Part shown: positions 31,106 through 40,628 of the stretch, in pieces
How positions within the stretch are numbered: position 1 is the first letter of the stretch
Layout of the letters: every line of letters starts with the position of its first letter
Assembly: GCA_036374335.1 (NCBI GenBank)
Contig: DASUUC010000100.1
Coordinates: 5,368-69,367 of the forward strand
From: Acidimicrobiia bacterium
GTDB taxonomy: Bacteria > Actinomycetota > Acidimicrobiia > Spongiisociales > ZC4RG35
Direction: 5' to 3'
DNA: 64,000 bases
The notes under the pieces: model-generated
What the model was told of the DNA's origin: nothing
Databases searched by the model: none
What the model saw: only the letters and a program-made list of their open reading frames with translations
Made by a program: the position numbers and the translations under genes

Positions 31106-32089
31106 TTGTGCCAGAGCCTCATGCCTCATCGTCAGCCACCACCGGATCTCGCACAGTGGAGCCTCTATTGCTTCTGTCCCAAAGCGCGGAGGAACCCAAA
31201 GAGGGTGGTCGACTTCGATAACAACGGGCAGATCCTCTATCAGTCTGTCGGGGGAACAACCCTGGAAGCCGTCCGACGACTTCCGTGCTCCGACAGCCAG
31301 CTTGCGCTGCTGTCGGCATTTGGGCTCATCGAGTGGCACAAAGAACAGATCAGGACGACGATTCCCGTGCTGGGACCAGAGGCGGCAGCGGCTGTTCGAG
31401 AGGCAGCAGCTGACGCGGCAAACGTAGCTCTGTCAGGTGTTCCCAAATCCGCTGGAGAGATCGTGGAAGTCCTCGCCTCGCGGGGTTTGGAGTCCAGTGC
31501 TCACGCCATAGTCTTTGGTCACGCCTTGGATGGCGTCCTGTGGGGGATGCTGCGCCAGCGCGGCTCCCTTCCCGAAATCGAGCTCACAGTCGACGAGCCG
31601 TTCTGGAGAGGAGCATTGTGGGCCGTCTACCCAGGTCGGGAAGGATCGGCGGGAACCAATGAGCGGACCATCGCCAACGCCACTCTGGTGATGGTCTGGG
31701 ACGACGAGAGCGTCGAAGCACTCCGGGAGCTGGAGTCACATCCCGGGACGCAAGAACTATTGAAGACAATTCAACCCAGCGAAACCGGAGTGTCTCTCTC
31801 GCCGATTCTCGGCGATGACTTCGTGGTTCCCGTCGTCACTCCCGACGACGAGATCCATTCCATCAGCCTCGCCCTGGCACGCACAGTCACAGACGCGATG
31901 CCCGACGCCGACGAGTCCCGATCGTTGCTTGCCGGTGCAGGCGTCGATGCGTCGGCTGAGGAAGCGACGGTGATCATGGCCCACGAGGTGATCTGGGACG
32001 TGGCGGCACGATTGACGGAGTCCGGCATCGTCGATGCTCCGGCTGGGCCGACTCCCGGCGGTCGTGTCTTCATTCGGATCGACACATGA
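31106..32089 (+). CDS. Hypothetical protein (no recognisable domain), up to 327 aa
   Basis: Long ORF with coding-like codon bias but lower GC than neighbours; start uncertain. Confidence 0.55.
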   Translation: MCQSLMPHRQPPPDLAQWSLYCFCPKARRNPKRVVDFDNNGQILYQSVGGTTLEAVRRLPCSDSQLALLSAFGLIEWHKEQIRTTIPVLGPEAAAAVREAAADAANVALSGVPKSAGEIVEVLASRGLESSAHAIVFGHALDGVLWGMLRQRGSLPEIELTVDEPFWRGALWAVYPGREGSAGTNERTIANATLVMVWDDESVEALRELESHPGTQELLKTIQPSETGVSLSPILGDDFVVPVVTPDDEIHSISLALARTVTDAMPDADESRSLLAGAGVDASAEEATVIMAHEVIWDVAARLTESGIVDAPAGPTPGGRVFIRIDT

Positions 32090-32108
32090 GACTCTTAGTC
32101 TCCCGCTG

Positions 32109-33254
32109 ATGCCGATATCCGATCGTCTCTCGCCTTTTGGGGTGACCATCTTCACCGAGATGACCCAGCTCGCCATCGAGCACGATGCGATCAATCTCGG
32201 TCAGGGATTCCCCAACTGGGATGGAGCCGATTTCGTCAAGGCCGCGGCCGCGTCGTCCATGGCCCAAGGCGGCAATGATCAATACCCTCCAAGTCCGGGC
32301 ATCGTGCCGTTGCGAGAAGCTATAGCCCGCCGATATGGACCGCTACTCCGGCGAACTCTCGACCCCCACGAGGAGATCACTGTCACCTGCGGCTGCACAG
32401 AGGCTCTCGCCGCCGGGTTCCTCGGTCTGATCAACCCCGGCGATGAGGTGGTGATCATCGAGCCCTACTACGACGCCTATCCCGTGGATGCAGCGATAGC
32501 AGGTGCCGTCCCGAAGTATGTGGCTCTGAGAGCGCCTGACTTCGCTCTCGACCCGGACGAATTGCGGTCCGCCTTCAGCCCGCAGACAAAAGCAATCGTG
32601 GTCAACAACCCGCACAACCCGACGGGCAGGGTGTTCACCACCGAGGAGTTGCGGGCAATCGCCGACCTCTGCATCGAGTTCGATGTCATCGCGATCTGTG
32701 ATGAGGTCTATGAAGAGATGACATTCGAGGTCGACCACCAGCGGCTAGCGACCCTCGACGGCATGTGGGAGCGCACCCTCACGCTCTCGTCGTTGGGAAA
32801 GACGTTTTCTCTGACGGGGTGGAAGTTGGGCTGGGGGATCGGCCCTTCCGACCTCACGGCGGGTCTGCGATCGGCACACCAGTTTCTCACGTTCACGACA
32901 CCAACCCCGGTGCAGCACGGCGCCGTGGCTGCGATGCGGGCACCGGCAAGCTTCTACCAGGAGATGCGCCAGGACTACATGGCGAAGCGGGATCTGTTGG
33001 CGACCGGTCTCGAATCCGCCGGTTTCGAACCACATATCCCACAGGGCACGTACTTCCTCATGGCCGGGCACCCGGCGGCGGGCGATGATCGCCGGTTCTG
33101 TCGCGATCTGGTGGTGGAGGCGGGTGTGGTCACCATCCCGCCCAGCGTCTTCTACAGCAGACCCGAATTGGGGTCCGGGCTGGTGAGATTCGCCTTCTGC
33201 AAGGACGAAGAAGTGCTGCACGAGGCGGTGGAGCGGCTCAAGACGGTTTCGTAG
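32109..33254 (+). CDS. Class I/II PLP-dependent aminotransferase (KAT/YbdL-like)
   Basis: NLGQGFPNW N-terminal motif, SLGKTFSLTGWKLGW PLP-lysine motif. Confidence 0.88.
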   Translation: MPISDRLSPFGVTIFTEMTQLAIEHDAINLGQGFPNWDGADFVKAAAASSMAQGGNDQYPPSPGIVPLREAIARRYGPLLRRTLDPHEEITVTCGCTEALAAGFLGLINPGDEVVIIEPYYDAYPVDAAIAGAVPKYVALRAPDFALDPDELRSAFSPQTKAIVVNNPHNPTGRVFTTEELRAIADLCIEFDVIAICDEVYEEMTFEVDHQRLATLDGMWERTLTLSSLGKTFSLTGWKLGWGIGPSDLTAGLRSAHQFLTFTTPTPVQHGAVAAMRAPASFYQEMRQDYMAKRDLLATGLESAGFEPHIPQGTYFLMAGHPAAGDDRRFCRDLVVEAGVVTIPPSVFYSRPELGSGLVRFAFCKDEEVLHEAVERLKTVS

Positions 33255-33308
33255 AACACTCTTCAAGCAGGCCGCGGTGCATGCCGATCTTCATATCGGA
33301 GGTCGGGC

Positions 33309-35126
33309 TTGGCATACAGAACCCTGCGCACAATCGGAGCATCGGTCGTCTTGGCCGGCGTTGTCGTGGCTGGTGTGGCGCAAATCGGCGCCCGCGAACC
33401 TGTCGACACCGATATCGTCACCAGAGAATCGAGTACGACGATGGGCGAGTCGCCTTCAACCGCGCTCGAGGTAACCACCACGATTCCCGCACCGTTCGTC
33501 TACAGGGTGGGGGTGTTGTCGGGTGTGAGCACCGACAACTTCTGGGCGTTCTACGGGAGAGAGCCCTCGGTCTGGAACTCATACGTGCTCGGCCCCACCA
33601 AGCCGGCCCTCTATACCGCACGCGCCTCTCTCGGCAGCCTGCAACCGGAATTCGCGATTGCTGACGTCGAGCCACGAGAAGACGACAATGGCTGGTCTGT
33701 GGTCGTCGATTTGAACCCGGATCTGGCGTGGAGCGACGGCGTGCCGGTCACGGCCCACGATCTCGTCTTCACCTTCGAGACGGTCCGCGGGCTGAAATTA
33801 GGCGGGAGCTGGGCCGACTCGTTCCCCAAGCCCGTCAAGTCGATCGAGGCCGACGGCGACTATCGGGTGCGGATCGGTTTCTCCGAACGTCCCCAGCTAT
33901 CCGTCTGGCCCTATGGCGTTGGTCTTGCCCCGATCATGGCCAAGCACATGTGGGATGGAGTCGTCGCAGACACAGATCGTAAGTCGCTCTACGAGCTTTC
34001 CGGATCGGACGATGTGAGTGGCGGCCCGCTCACCATCGATTTGGTCACCGAAAACCTGATCGTGAGCACTCCCAACCGCGGTTACCCGGCAGAGAACACG
34101 CCGGATACCGTCGAATACCACGTCTACGACGGAGAGTCGGCGGCTCTCGACGCCCTGGAGGGCGGGGAGGTCGACTCGTTGCTCAGCCCGCGGGGACTCA
34201 CCGTTGAGCAAACCCGTGCGGTGGAGAAGGTTCCCTCCATCGAGCTCGTCCACAGCCCGGGTAACGCCATCAGGTACCTGGGTTTCAACATCGATCGTGA
34301 TCCCATGTCGAATCAGGCATTTCGCATGGCCCTGGCGCTACTGGTCGACCGGGAACGACTGGCTCAGTCCATTCCCGGAACGGGCTCTGCTGCTTGGTCG
34401 CTGGTCCCGGAAGCAAACTCGCAATGGTTCGACGACGAAGCTGCGGCGGGGATCCGGCAGAAATACCAAGGTTCTCTCCAGAAGCGTCTCGAGTCGGCTC
34501 TCGTCGGCCTCCAGGAGGCGGGTTACGCCTGGGACGCCGCACCCTCTGTGGATCAGGAAGGGAAGCTCGTCGCCGGGTCTGGGCTGACGATCGACGGTCA
34601 GACGCCACAGCCGCTGACCATTCTGACGCCAGGGGACAACTTCGACCCGGCGCGTCCCCTCTATGTCGAATCGATTGCAGAGACACTGGCCGTGCTTGGG
34701 TTCGACGCACGCCCGGTCGAGACCGACTTCGACACGGTGATCGATCTTGCCTTTACGCCGGGCGAGGACGGCCAGCTCCACTACGACATGTATGTCCTCG
34801 GATGGACGCTGGGCAACCCGGCCTTGCCGATGCACTACGGGGCATTGTTCGGCTCAGATGCCCCGATGAACAACACGGGGTACCAGAGTGAGGCATTCGA
34901 GGAGGCACTCGCTGCCTACGAGGGAGCGTTCACAAGGCAGAAAGCCAAGGGGGCGCTGTGGCAGGTCGAGGCCGTGCTCGCCAACGATCTGCCATACCTG
35001 CCGTTGTACACGAGCGAGATCACCGAAGCCTATCGCGGCGACCGGGTTCGCTTCGATCTTGACCATGCTCTCGGTGGTCTTCACGCCAGGCTCGGGGGCA
35101 TTTGGGACGTGGAGCCCGCGGACTGA
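33309..35126 (+). CDS. ABC transporter substrate-binding protein, family 5 (peptide/nickel type)
   Basis: N-terminal signal/TM segment, ~600 aa SBP_bac_5-like architecture; no permease or ATPase adjacent. Confidence 0.82.
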   Translation: MAYRTLRTIGASVVLAGVVVAGVAQIGAREPVDTDIVTRESSTTMGESPSTALEVTTTIPAPFVYRVGVLSGVSTDNFWAFYGREPSVWNSYVLGPTKPALYTARASLGSLQPEFAIADVEPREDDNGWSVVVDLNPDLAWSDGVPVTAHDLVFTFETVRGLKLGGSWADSFPKPVKSIEADGDYRVRIGFSERPQLSVWPYGVGLAPIMAKHMWDGVVADTDRKSLYELSGSDDVSGGPLTIDLVTENLIVSTPNRGYPAENTPDTVEYHVYDGESAALDALEGGEVDSLLSPRGLTVEQTRAVEKVPSIELVHSPGNAIRYLGFNIDRDPMSNQAFRMALALLVDRERLAQSIPGTGSAAWSLVPEANSQWFDDEAAAGIRQKYQGSLQKRLESALVGLQEAGYAWDAAPSVDQEGKLVAGSGLTIDGQTPQPLTILTPGDNFDPARPLYVESIAETLAVLGFDARPVETDFDTVIDLAFTPGEDGQLHYDMYVLGWTLGNPALPMHYGALFGSDAPMNNTGYQSEAFEEALAAYEGAFTRQKAKGALWQVEAVLANDLPYLPLYTSEITEAYRGDRVRFDLDHALGGLHARLGGIWDVEPAD

Positions 35127-35142
35127 GAACTACGCTCGCCCG

Positions 35143-35724
35143 GTGAGCGAAGACCATGTCTCAGATCGGATCCTCACTTTCCCCAACCTGATCTCATTCG
35201 TCAGGTTGGCGGCCATACCGGTTTTCTGGTGGTTGCTGCTGGGAGCCGACGACGTCACCGCAGGCACGGTCCTCTTTGCCGTGATCGCCACGACTGACTG
35301 GGTGGACGGGTTTCTGGCGAGACGTCTCGGCCAGGAGAGCAAACTCGGCAGGTCGCTCGACCCGGTGGCCGATCGGTTGATGATCGCCTCTGCAGTGATT
35401 GTGGGGCTCATCACCGGCATCGTGCCCGCGATCATCGGGTTCACGTTGATGGTCCGGGAGCTCTATATGGCCGTGGTCGTGGTGACTCTGGTGGCAAGGA
35501 GGCGAGGGACCCTCGAGGTGAGTTGGCTGGGGAAGGTGACCACCTTCATCGTCTACTCGTCGATTGGTTGGTTCTACATGGCGGCGATCCCGTTCCTCCA
35601 GCCGTTGACCGGGCCGCTGGCATGGATTTCAGGAGTGATCGGGCTGGTTCTCTATTGGATCACGGCGGTTCAATACACGGCTGAGGCCAGGAAAGCCCTG
35701 GTTGGCACGAATGAGACGCTCTAA
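35143..35724 (+). CDS. CDP-alcohol phosphatidyltransferase (PgsA/cardiolipin synthase-like)
   Basis: DWVDGFLARRL...G..LDPVADR signature (D-G-x2-A-R...D-x3-D); multiple TM helices. Confidence 0.82.
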   Translation: MSEDHVSDRILTFPNLISFVRLAAIPVFWWLLLGADDVTAGTVLFAVIATTDWVDGFLARRLGQESKLGRSLDPVADRLMIASAVIVGLITGIVPAIIGFTLMVRELYMAVVVVTLVARRRGTLEVSWLGKVTTFIVYSSIGWFYMAAIPFLQPLTGPLAWISGVIGLVLYWITAVQYTAEARKALVGTNETL

Positions 35725-35759
35725 CTCCCATATGTGGGAGCCACAGCATTAGGAACCCG
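35722..35759 (+). repeat. 38-nt element, copy 1 (core palindrome CTCCCA-TATG-TGGGAG at 35725-35740)
   Basis: TAACTCCCATATGTGGGAGCCACAGCATTAGGAACCCG; 34/38 identical to the reverse complement of 43953-43990. Confidence 0.8.
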
Positions 35760-35762
35760 AAT

Positions 35763-35768
35763 TAGAGT
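35763..35768 (+). promoter_or_regulatory. Candidate -10 hexamer TAGAGT for leaderless gcvH
   Basis: TANNNT 7 nt upstream of ATG 35776. Confidence 0.3.
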
Positions 35769-35775
35769 CCGGGGG

Positions 35776-36156
35776 ATGAACACACCCGAGGATCTTCACT
35801 ACACCGACGAGCACGAATGGATTCGAGAGATAGGTGATTCGAAGGTGAGGATTGGAATCACCGACTACGCCCAGGACCAGCTCGGTGACGTCGTCTATGT
35901 CGAGCTACCCGAACAGGGCAAGGAAGTCGCCAAAGACGATCTGGTGGTGGAAATCGAGAGCACCAAGTCGGTTGGCGAAGTCTATGCGCCATTTCCCGGC
36001 ACCATCTCCGCAGTGAACGATCGGGTGGCGGAGACTCCCGAGTTGGTCAACACCAGCCCTTACGACGAGGGATGGCTCATCGAGATCGAGCTCGAAGCCG
36101 AGTTCAGCACCGACGGTCTGCTCGACGCGGCGGCATACACCCAACTGACCGAGTAA
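35776..36156 (+). CDS. gcvH: Glycine cleavage system H protein
   Basis: HYTDEHEWI N-terminus, lipoyl-lysine motif VEIESTKSVGEVYAP. Confidence 0.92.
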   Translation: MNTPEDLHYTDEHEWIREIGDSKVRIGITDYAQDQLGDVVYVELPEQGKEVAKDDLVVEIESTKSVGEVYAPFPGTISAVNDRVAETPELVNTSPYDEGWLIEIELEAEFSTDGLLDAAAYTQLTE

Positions 36157-36208
36157 TCGGGCCGACTGGCTCAGCCATTGCGCCCGACTCACCTATCATC
36201 TGGGCACC

Positions 36209-36649
36209 ATGGCCGAATCCCAGGGCACCGAGTCGAACGAGCCCAAACCTGAAGTAGAGGTCGAAACCGACCCGACGGTGGTCTACGTCCCGATTGCCGA
36301 CCGTGCCGAGCATCCACTCAGCCCGGACGAGGCGGCGAACGTGGAGGGTCTCTCCGGCTATGCGATCGTGGTGGAGAGGGGTCCGCGCCAAGGGATGACC
36401 TTCATCCTCCGGGAAGGCAACACCACAGTGGGCCGACATCCCGAGAACGACATCTTCCTCAACGACGTCACCGTGTCCCGTCATCATTGTCGTTTTGTGA
36501 CCAATGGAGATGTACTAGCCGTCGAGGACAGCGGGTCGACCAACGGAACCTACGTCAACGACGAGCGTGTCGACAGTGCGGAGCTCGAAGCAGGCGACGA
36601 AGTGATGATCGGCCGCTTCCACTTCGTGGTCGCCCACGGTGATGCCTGA
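36209..36649 (+). CDS. garA: FHA-domain protein, GarA/OdhI-like
   Basis: C-terminal FHA domain (GR....DI.L.D..VSR.H...............D.GS.NGT.VN), Thr-containing N-terminal tail (EVETDPT); gcvH-garA-merR synteny. Confidence 0.85.
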   Translation: MAESQGTESNEPKPEVEVETDPTVVYVPIADRAEHPLSPDEAANVEGLSGYAIVVERGPRQGMTFILREGNTTVGRHPENDIFLNDVTVSRHHCRFVTNGDVLAVEDSGSTNGTYVNDERVDSAELEAGDEVMIGRFHFVVAHGDA

Positions 36650-37319
36650 AACGAGCGAGCTCAGCATCGGAGAGGTCATCAATCTCCTCCGGGATGACTT
36701 TCCTGACGTCTCCGTCTCCAAGATCCGGTTCCTGGAGAGTCAAGGCCTCATCGACCCCGACCGCTCGGGAAGCGGATACCGGCAGTTCGACAGCAACGAT
36801 GTGGCGCGGCTCCGATTCATCCTCCAACAGCAACGTGATCACTTCCTGCCTCTAAAGGTGATCAAGTCGAAGCTCACGCTCTGGGAGCGGGGTGAGGAGA
36901 CCGACGGAGGCGCCTCGACAGCAACTCAACGGCTCGACCAGAAAGGGGAACCGCTCGACCGGGTCGAGCTGCTGAAGAGATCCAAGCTCGAGGAAACCGA
37001 GTTAGAGGCGCTGATCGACATAGGCTTGATCCGTCCAATTCGCGACTCGGTGGTGTTTCCTGCGGAAGCTGGGACCGTGGCCATGGAGGCGAAGCGTCTG
37101 ATGGACCAGGGTCTCGAGGCAAGACATCTCCGCACCGTCCGGCTCTCAGCCGAGCGGGAAGCGGATCTCCTGGAGCAGTTGGTGGCACCACTGCTCAAGG
37201 CCTCCAACGCGGAGGCCAAGGCGAGAGCGAAGGACGTGTTGGAGTCGACGTCCGACTCCGTGCAGGCAATGCATCGGGCTCTTCTTGCCCTAGAACTGAG
37301 ACAGCACCTGAAAACATGA
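36639..37319 (+). CDS. MerR family transcriptional regulator
   Basis: N-terminal MerR HTH (LSIGEVINLL....VSKIRFLESQGL); overlaps garA end. Confidence 0.85.
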   Translation: MMPETSELSIGEVINLLRDDFPDVSVSKIRFLESQGLIDPDRSGSGYRQFDSNDVARLRFILQQQRDHFLPLKVIKSKLTLWERGEETDGGASTATQRLDQKGEPLDRVELLKRSKLEETELEALIDIGLIRPIRDSVVFPAEAGTVAMEAKRLMDQGLEARHLRTVRLSAEREADLLEQLVAPLLKASNAEAKARAKDVLESTSDSVQAMHRALLALELRQHLKT

Positions 37320-38449
37320 GATCACTGGCTCGCTCGGCTGTTGTGGCCACCCTCCTCGCGGGGACACTGGCACTACCCGCGTGGGCAGCTCCGTTGACTT
37401 TCCCGGCACGTGGTCAGGATGGCTTCCCCCACGACGGGCCGCCGTTTGTCACTGCATCGGCATGGATCCTCTACGACGAGACCACGGACATGGTGCTCGC
37501 CTCGTCTGCTGCGGACATCTCTCGACCCATGGCCTCGATCACCAAGATCATGACTGTCCTCCTGGCCCTGGAGAATGGAAACCTGAATGATCAAGTGGTG
37601 ATCTCCGAGGAGGCCGCCGGCACCGGGGGACAGGAGATCGGGCTCGTCGCCGGGGAGACCGTGTCCCTCAGTGCGTTGGTGCGCGCCGCCATGATCCGTT
37701 CTGGCAATGACTCCGCGGCCGCCATCGCCGAGCACATCGGCGGATCGGTCGATGGTTTTGTGAGGATGATGAACGAAAGGGCGGCCGAGTTGGGCATGGA
37801 CAACACCCGCTTCGCCAACCCACATGGTCTCGACGTAGCCGGTCACTACTCCAGCCCTCGGGACATGCTGATCGTGGCCCGTGAGGCAATGTCGATCCCG
37901 GAGTTCGCAGAGATCGCCCGTGCCCGGATGATGGTCTTTCCCGACTCGCCGTCCGGGACGGCGAGATCGGCTAGCAACACGAACCGCATCCTCAACTCGT
38001 ATGAGGGAACCATCGGGATCAAGACCGGAGAGACGCCTAACGCCGGTCTGACCTACGTGGGGGCGGCAGAACGGGAGGGGCGACGACTCTTCGTGGTCGT
38101 GTTCGGTTCCGTTGGTCGGCGGGCCCACTTCACCGACGCGATCAGTCTCTTCAATTGGGGCTACGACGATCTCCGCATCAACGGAACGCTGTACGCCGGA
38201 ATCCCATATCAATCTGTGGCTGCCCGGGTTGAGCCATCGCCACTGGTTGCCGAAGCTGGGGCGGAGACACTGCTTCACGCCGTGTCTCAAGGAGTCGTGG
38301 CGCAGCCGCCCGCTCCTGTCAACGGTCAGCCAGTGCCTGATGAGGCCCAGGTAATCGAGATAACCCGGCATCCTGACCCGGCGCCGAGGTCAGTCATGAG
38401 CACGTTCACCTACTGGCTGGGTCTCGCGACCGGCGCCGGTGATGGGTGA
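37316..38449 (+). CDS. dacB: D-alanyl-D-alanine carboxypeptidase (S11 family)
   Basis: Signal peptide, SITK active-site motif (MASITKIMT), SGND and KTG motifs. Confidence 0.86.
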   Translation: MRSLARSAVVATLLAGTLALPAWAAPLTFPARGQDGFPHDGPPFVTASAWILYDETTDMVLASSAADISRPMASITKIMTVLLALENGNLNDQVVISEEAAGTGGQEIGLVAGETVSLSALVRAAMIRSGNDSAAAIAEHIGGSVDGFVRMMNERAAELGMDNTRFANPHGLDVAGHYSSPRDMLIVAREAMSIPEFAEIARARMMVFPDSPSGTARSASNTNRILNSYEGTIGIKTGETPNAGLTYVGAAEREGRRLFVVVFGSVGRRAHFTDAISLFNWGYDDLRINGTLYAGIPYQSVAARVEPSPLVAEAGAETLLHAVSQGVVAQPPAPVNGQPVPDEAQVIEITRHPDPAPRSVMSTFTYWLGLATGAGDG

Positions 38450-39041
38450 ACCCCAGGTCGCTTCTGAAGTCCTTCCCGCGGGCGAGATTAGGTCCCGGGT
38501 GGCGGAGTTGGGCGAGGCGATCACACGTGATTACGAGGGCCGGGACCCGCTTTTTCTCGTGGTGCTCGTTGGTTCGGTGCCTTTCGGGGCCGACCTGGTG
38601 CGGTCGGTGGCAATGAACGCGGAGGTCGACTTTTTCGGTCTCAACCGTTTCGGGGAGGGTGGGAGGATCGGGGTCACCCTCGATACCTCGACCCCACTCT
38701 TCGACCGCAATGTCATCATCGTGGAGGACATCATCGACACCGGGCTCACCTTGACCACGCTTCGCAAGATGATCAAGGACCGGGGGGCGGCCTCGGTCTC
38801 GACCGCAGCACTGCTCGACAAGACGCGGCGTCGTCTCACCGACGTGCCCATCGAATACCGGGGTTTCGAGGTGGGGGATGAGTTCTTGGTCGGGTATGGG
38901 CTCGACTGGCATGGCCTGTACCGCAATCTCCGCTCGATATGGGCGGTCCTCGACATGGAGGCAATGGTTGCCGACCCGAAGACTCTGGCAGTGGAGCTCG
39001 GACACTCCTCACCGTCACCAGCATCACGAGTCGGGCACTAA
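38439..39041 (+). CDS. hpt: Hypoxanthine phosphoribosyltransferase
   Basis: PRPP-binding motif VIIVEDIIDTGLT. Confidence 0.88.
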   Translation: MMGEPQVASEVLPAGEIRSRVAELGEAITRDYEGRDPLFLVVLVGSVPFGADLVRSVAMNAEVDFFGLNRFGEGGRIGVTLDTSTPLFDRNVIIVEDIIDTGLTLTTLRKMIKDRGAASVSTAALLDKTRRRLTDVPIEYRGFEVGDEFLVGYGLDWHGLYRNLRSIWAVLDMEAMVADPKTLAVELGHSSPSPASRVGH

Positions 39042-39080
39042 GCCTGTGGAGTGTCGCCCACTCGGTGATAACCTCGCGGC

Positions 39081-39587
39081 ATGGCCGCTGATACAGCTCC
39101 GATCCCCCTCGAGATAGTGGGTGTGAGGGTTGAACTGCCCTCCAATCAGCCGATCGTGCTCCTGAAGGAGCAGGAAGGCACCCGCTATCTGCCGATCTGG
39201 ATCGGCGCGAACGAGGCAACAGCCATCGCCACGGCGATGGAGGGGGTGACGCCACCGCGTCCGTTGACCCATGACCTGATGCGGTCGGTCATCGATGCTG
39301 TCGGTGCTCTCGCGGTCAAGGTGGTCATCACCGAGATGCGCGACTCCATTTTCTTCGCCGATCTCTCTCTCGATGTGTCCGGCGAGGAAGTCAAGGTGTC
39401 CTCCCGCCCTTCCGACGCCATTGCGCTGGCGGTGCGCACCGGCACTCCGGTTCTCGCCGCGCCGGCAGTCCTGGAAGAGGCCGGAGTCCATTTCGAGGAC
39501 GAGGATGAGGAAGAAGAGGTCGCCCGCTTCCGCGAGTTTCTCGAGGAGGCAACCGTCGAGGACTTCCTCGGAGGCGACCAGCCCTAG
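39081..39587 (+). CDS. Bifunctional nuclease family protein (DUF151)
   Basis: PIVLLKE..G.RYLPIWIG..EA.AIA motif; conserved partner of the garA/merR block. Confidence 0.85.
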   Translation: MAADTAPIPLEIVGVRVELPSNQPIVLLKEQEGTRYLPIWIGANEATAIATAMEGVTPPRPLTHDLMRSVIDAVGALAVKVVITEMRDSIFFADLSLDVSGEEVKVSSRPSDAIALAVRTGTPVLAAPAVLEEAGVHFEDEDEEEEVARFREFLEEATVEDFLGGDQP

Positions 39588-39610
39588 TGGCCGGTTAAGA
39601 GCAGACCGAG

Positions 39611-40609
39611 TTGAGCCCACGTAGGCCGATTCTCTACGGGGTCGCGCTGTTGGGCGCTGTCCTGGTGGTGGGGACGATCGGGTACTCCCTCATTGAAGGC
39701 GTATCCCTCTTCGACGCCCTCTACATGGTCATCATCACGGTGAGCACGGTGGGGTTCGCCTATGAGTTTCCTCTGTCCCCGCTGGGAGAAGTGTGGACAT
39801 TGTTGATCATCATCATGGGTATCGGAGTCGCTCTTTACACTGCGATTGCCTCGTTCGAGTACCTCATCGATCTCGGAGAGGTACGGAGGAGAAAGAAGAT
39901 GGGACGAGACATCTCGCGACTCTCAGGCCAAGTCATCGTGTGCGGGTGGGGTCGTGTCGGCCAGGGAGTGTGGACGAACCTGCGAGACCGTGACATCGCG
40001 GTTGTGGTCATCGAGTCCAACGCCGATGTGGCAGAAGCGGCCGGTGCAGCGGGTGCACTGGTGATCGAAGGCGATGCCACCCATAACGAGGTGCTCAGAC
40101 GTGCCGGCGTCGAGAACGCCACCGCCTTGATCGCTGCCGTCACCGACGACTCCGACAACCTGGTGATCGCCCTCTCGGTGAAATCGATCACACCCAACCT
40201 CCGCGTGATCTGCCGGGCCACCGAGATGGAGTCGGAGCGCAAGCTGCGGCTCGCCGGAGCCGATGCGGTGGTGGCACCGCAGGCCGTGGGGGCGGAGCGT
40301 CTCGCCATGATGGCCCTCCAGCCCGAGCTCGCCCAGATCTTCGATGTGGTCATCAATGGCAATGCCGTCGAATTCAGAGTCGAGGAGCTCGATATCGGTC
40401 CGGGCTGCTCGATTGCAGACAAAACCATCAAAGAGTCCGAGATTCGCCAATCAACCGGGGCTCAGATTCTCGCCATCGAGGGCGAAAACGAGACGGTCAT
40501 CGTGAATCCTCCACCAGACCACCTCTTGGTCCCGGGGGAACGTCTCGTTGTTGTGGGCACGAAAGAGCAAGTCGACAAGGCTGCCGAGCTGCTCAGATCG
40601 GTTCCATAG
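39611..40609 (+). CDS. Two-TM potassium-channel-like protein with RCK (TrkA-N/TrkA-C) domains
   Basis: Two N-terminal TM helices flanking a pore segment ITVSTVGFAYE; Rossmann GWGRVG; TTG start. Confidence 0.85.
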   Translation: MSPRRPILYGVALLGAVLVVGTIGYSLIEGVSLFDALYMVIITVSTVGFAYEFPLSPLGEVWTLLIIIMGIGVALYTAIASFEYLIDLGEVRRRKKMGRDISRLSGQVIVCGWGRVGQGVWTNLRDRDIAVVVIESNADVAEAAGAAGALVIEGDATHNEVLRRAGVENATALIAAVTDDSDNLVIALSVKSITPNLRVICRATEMESERKLRLAGADAVVAPQAVGAERLAMMALQPELAQIFDVVINGNAVEFRVEELDIGPGCSIADKTIKESEIRQSTGAQILAIEGENETVIVNPPPDHLLVPGERLVVVGTKEQVDKAAELLRSVP

Positions 40610-40628
40610 AGTTTTCCACAGGAAAACA

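Noticed and set aside
30829-31339. ORFs 30829..31029 and 30941..31339 (minus strand)
   Set aside because: They read through the tRNA-Pro gene. The translation GSNPAGP... is simply the T-arm of the tRNA.
35725-35775. Glycine riboswitch upstream of gcvH (and upstream of gcvT at 41175-41601)
   Set aside because: The gcvH spacer is only about 50 nt, and the gcvT upstream region is occupied by a coupled ORF. Neither leaves room for the ~100-200-nt glycine aptamer, and I saw none of its conserved helices. An Rfam scan would be decisive.
37373-38371. 332-aa minus-strand ORF
   Set aside because: It runs antisense to the D-Ala-D-Ala carboxypeptidase, which carries SxxK/SxN/KTG motifs.
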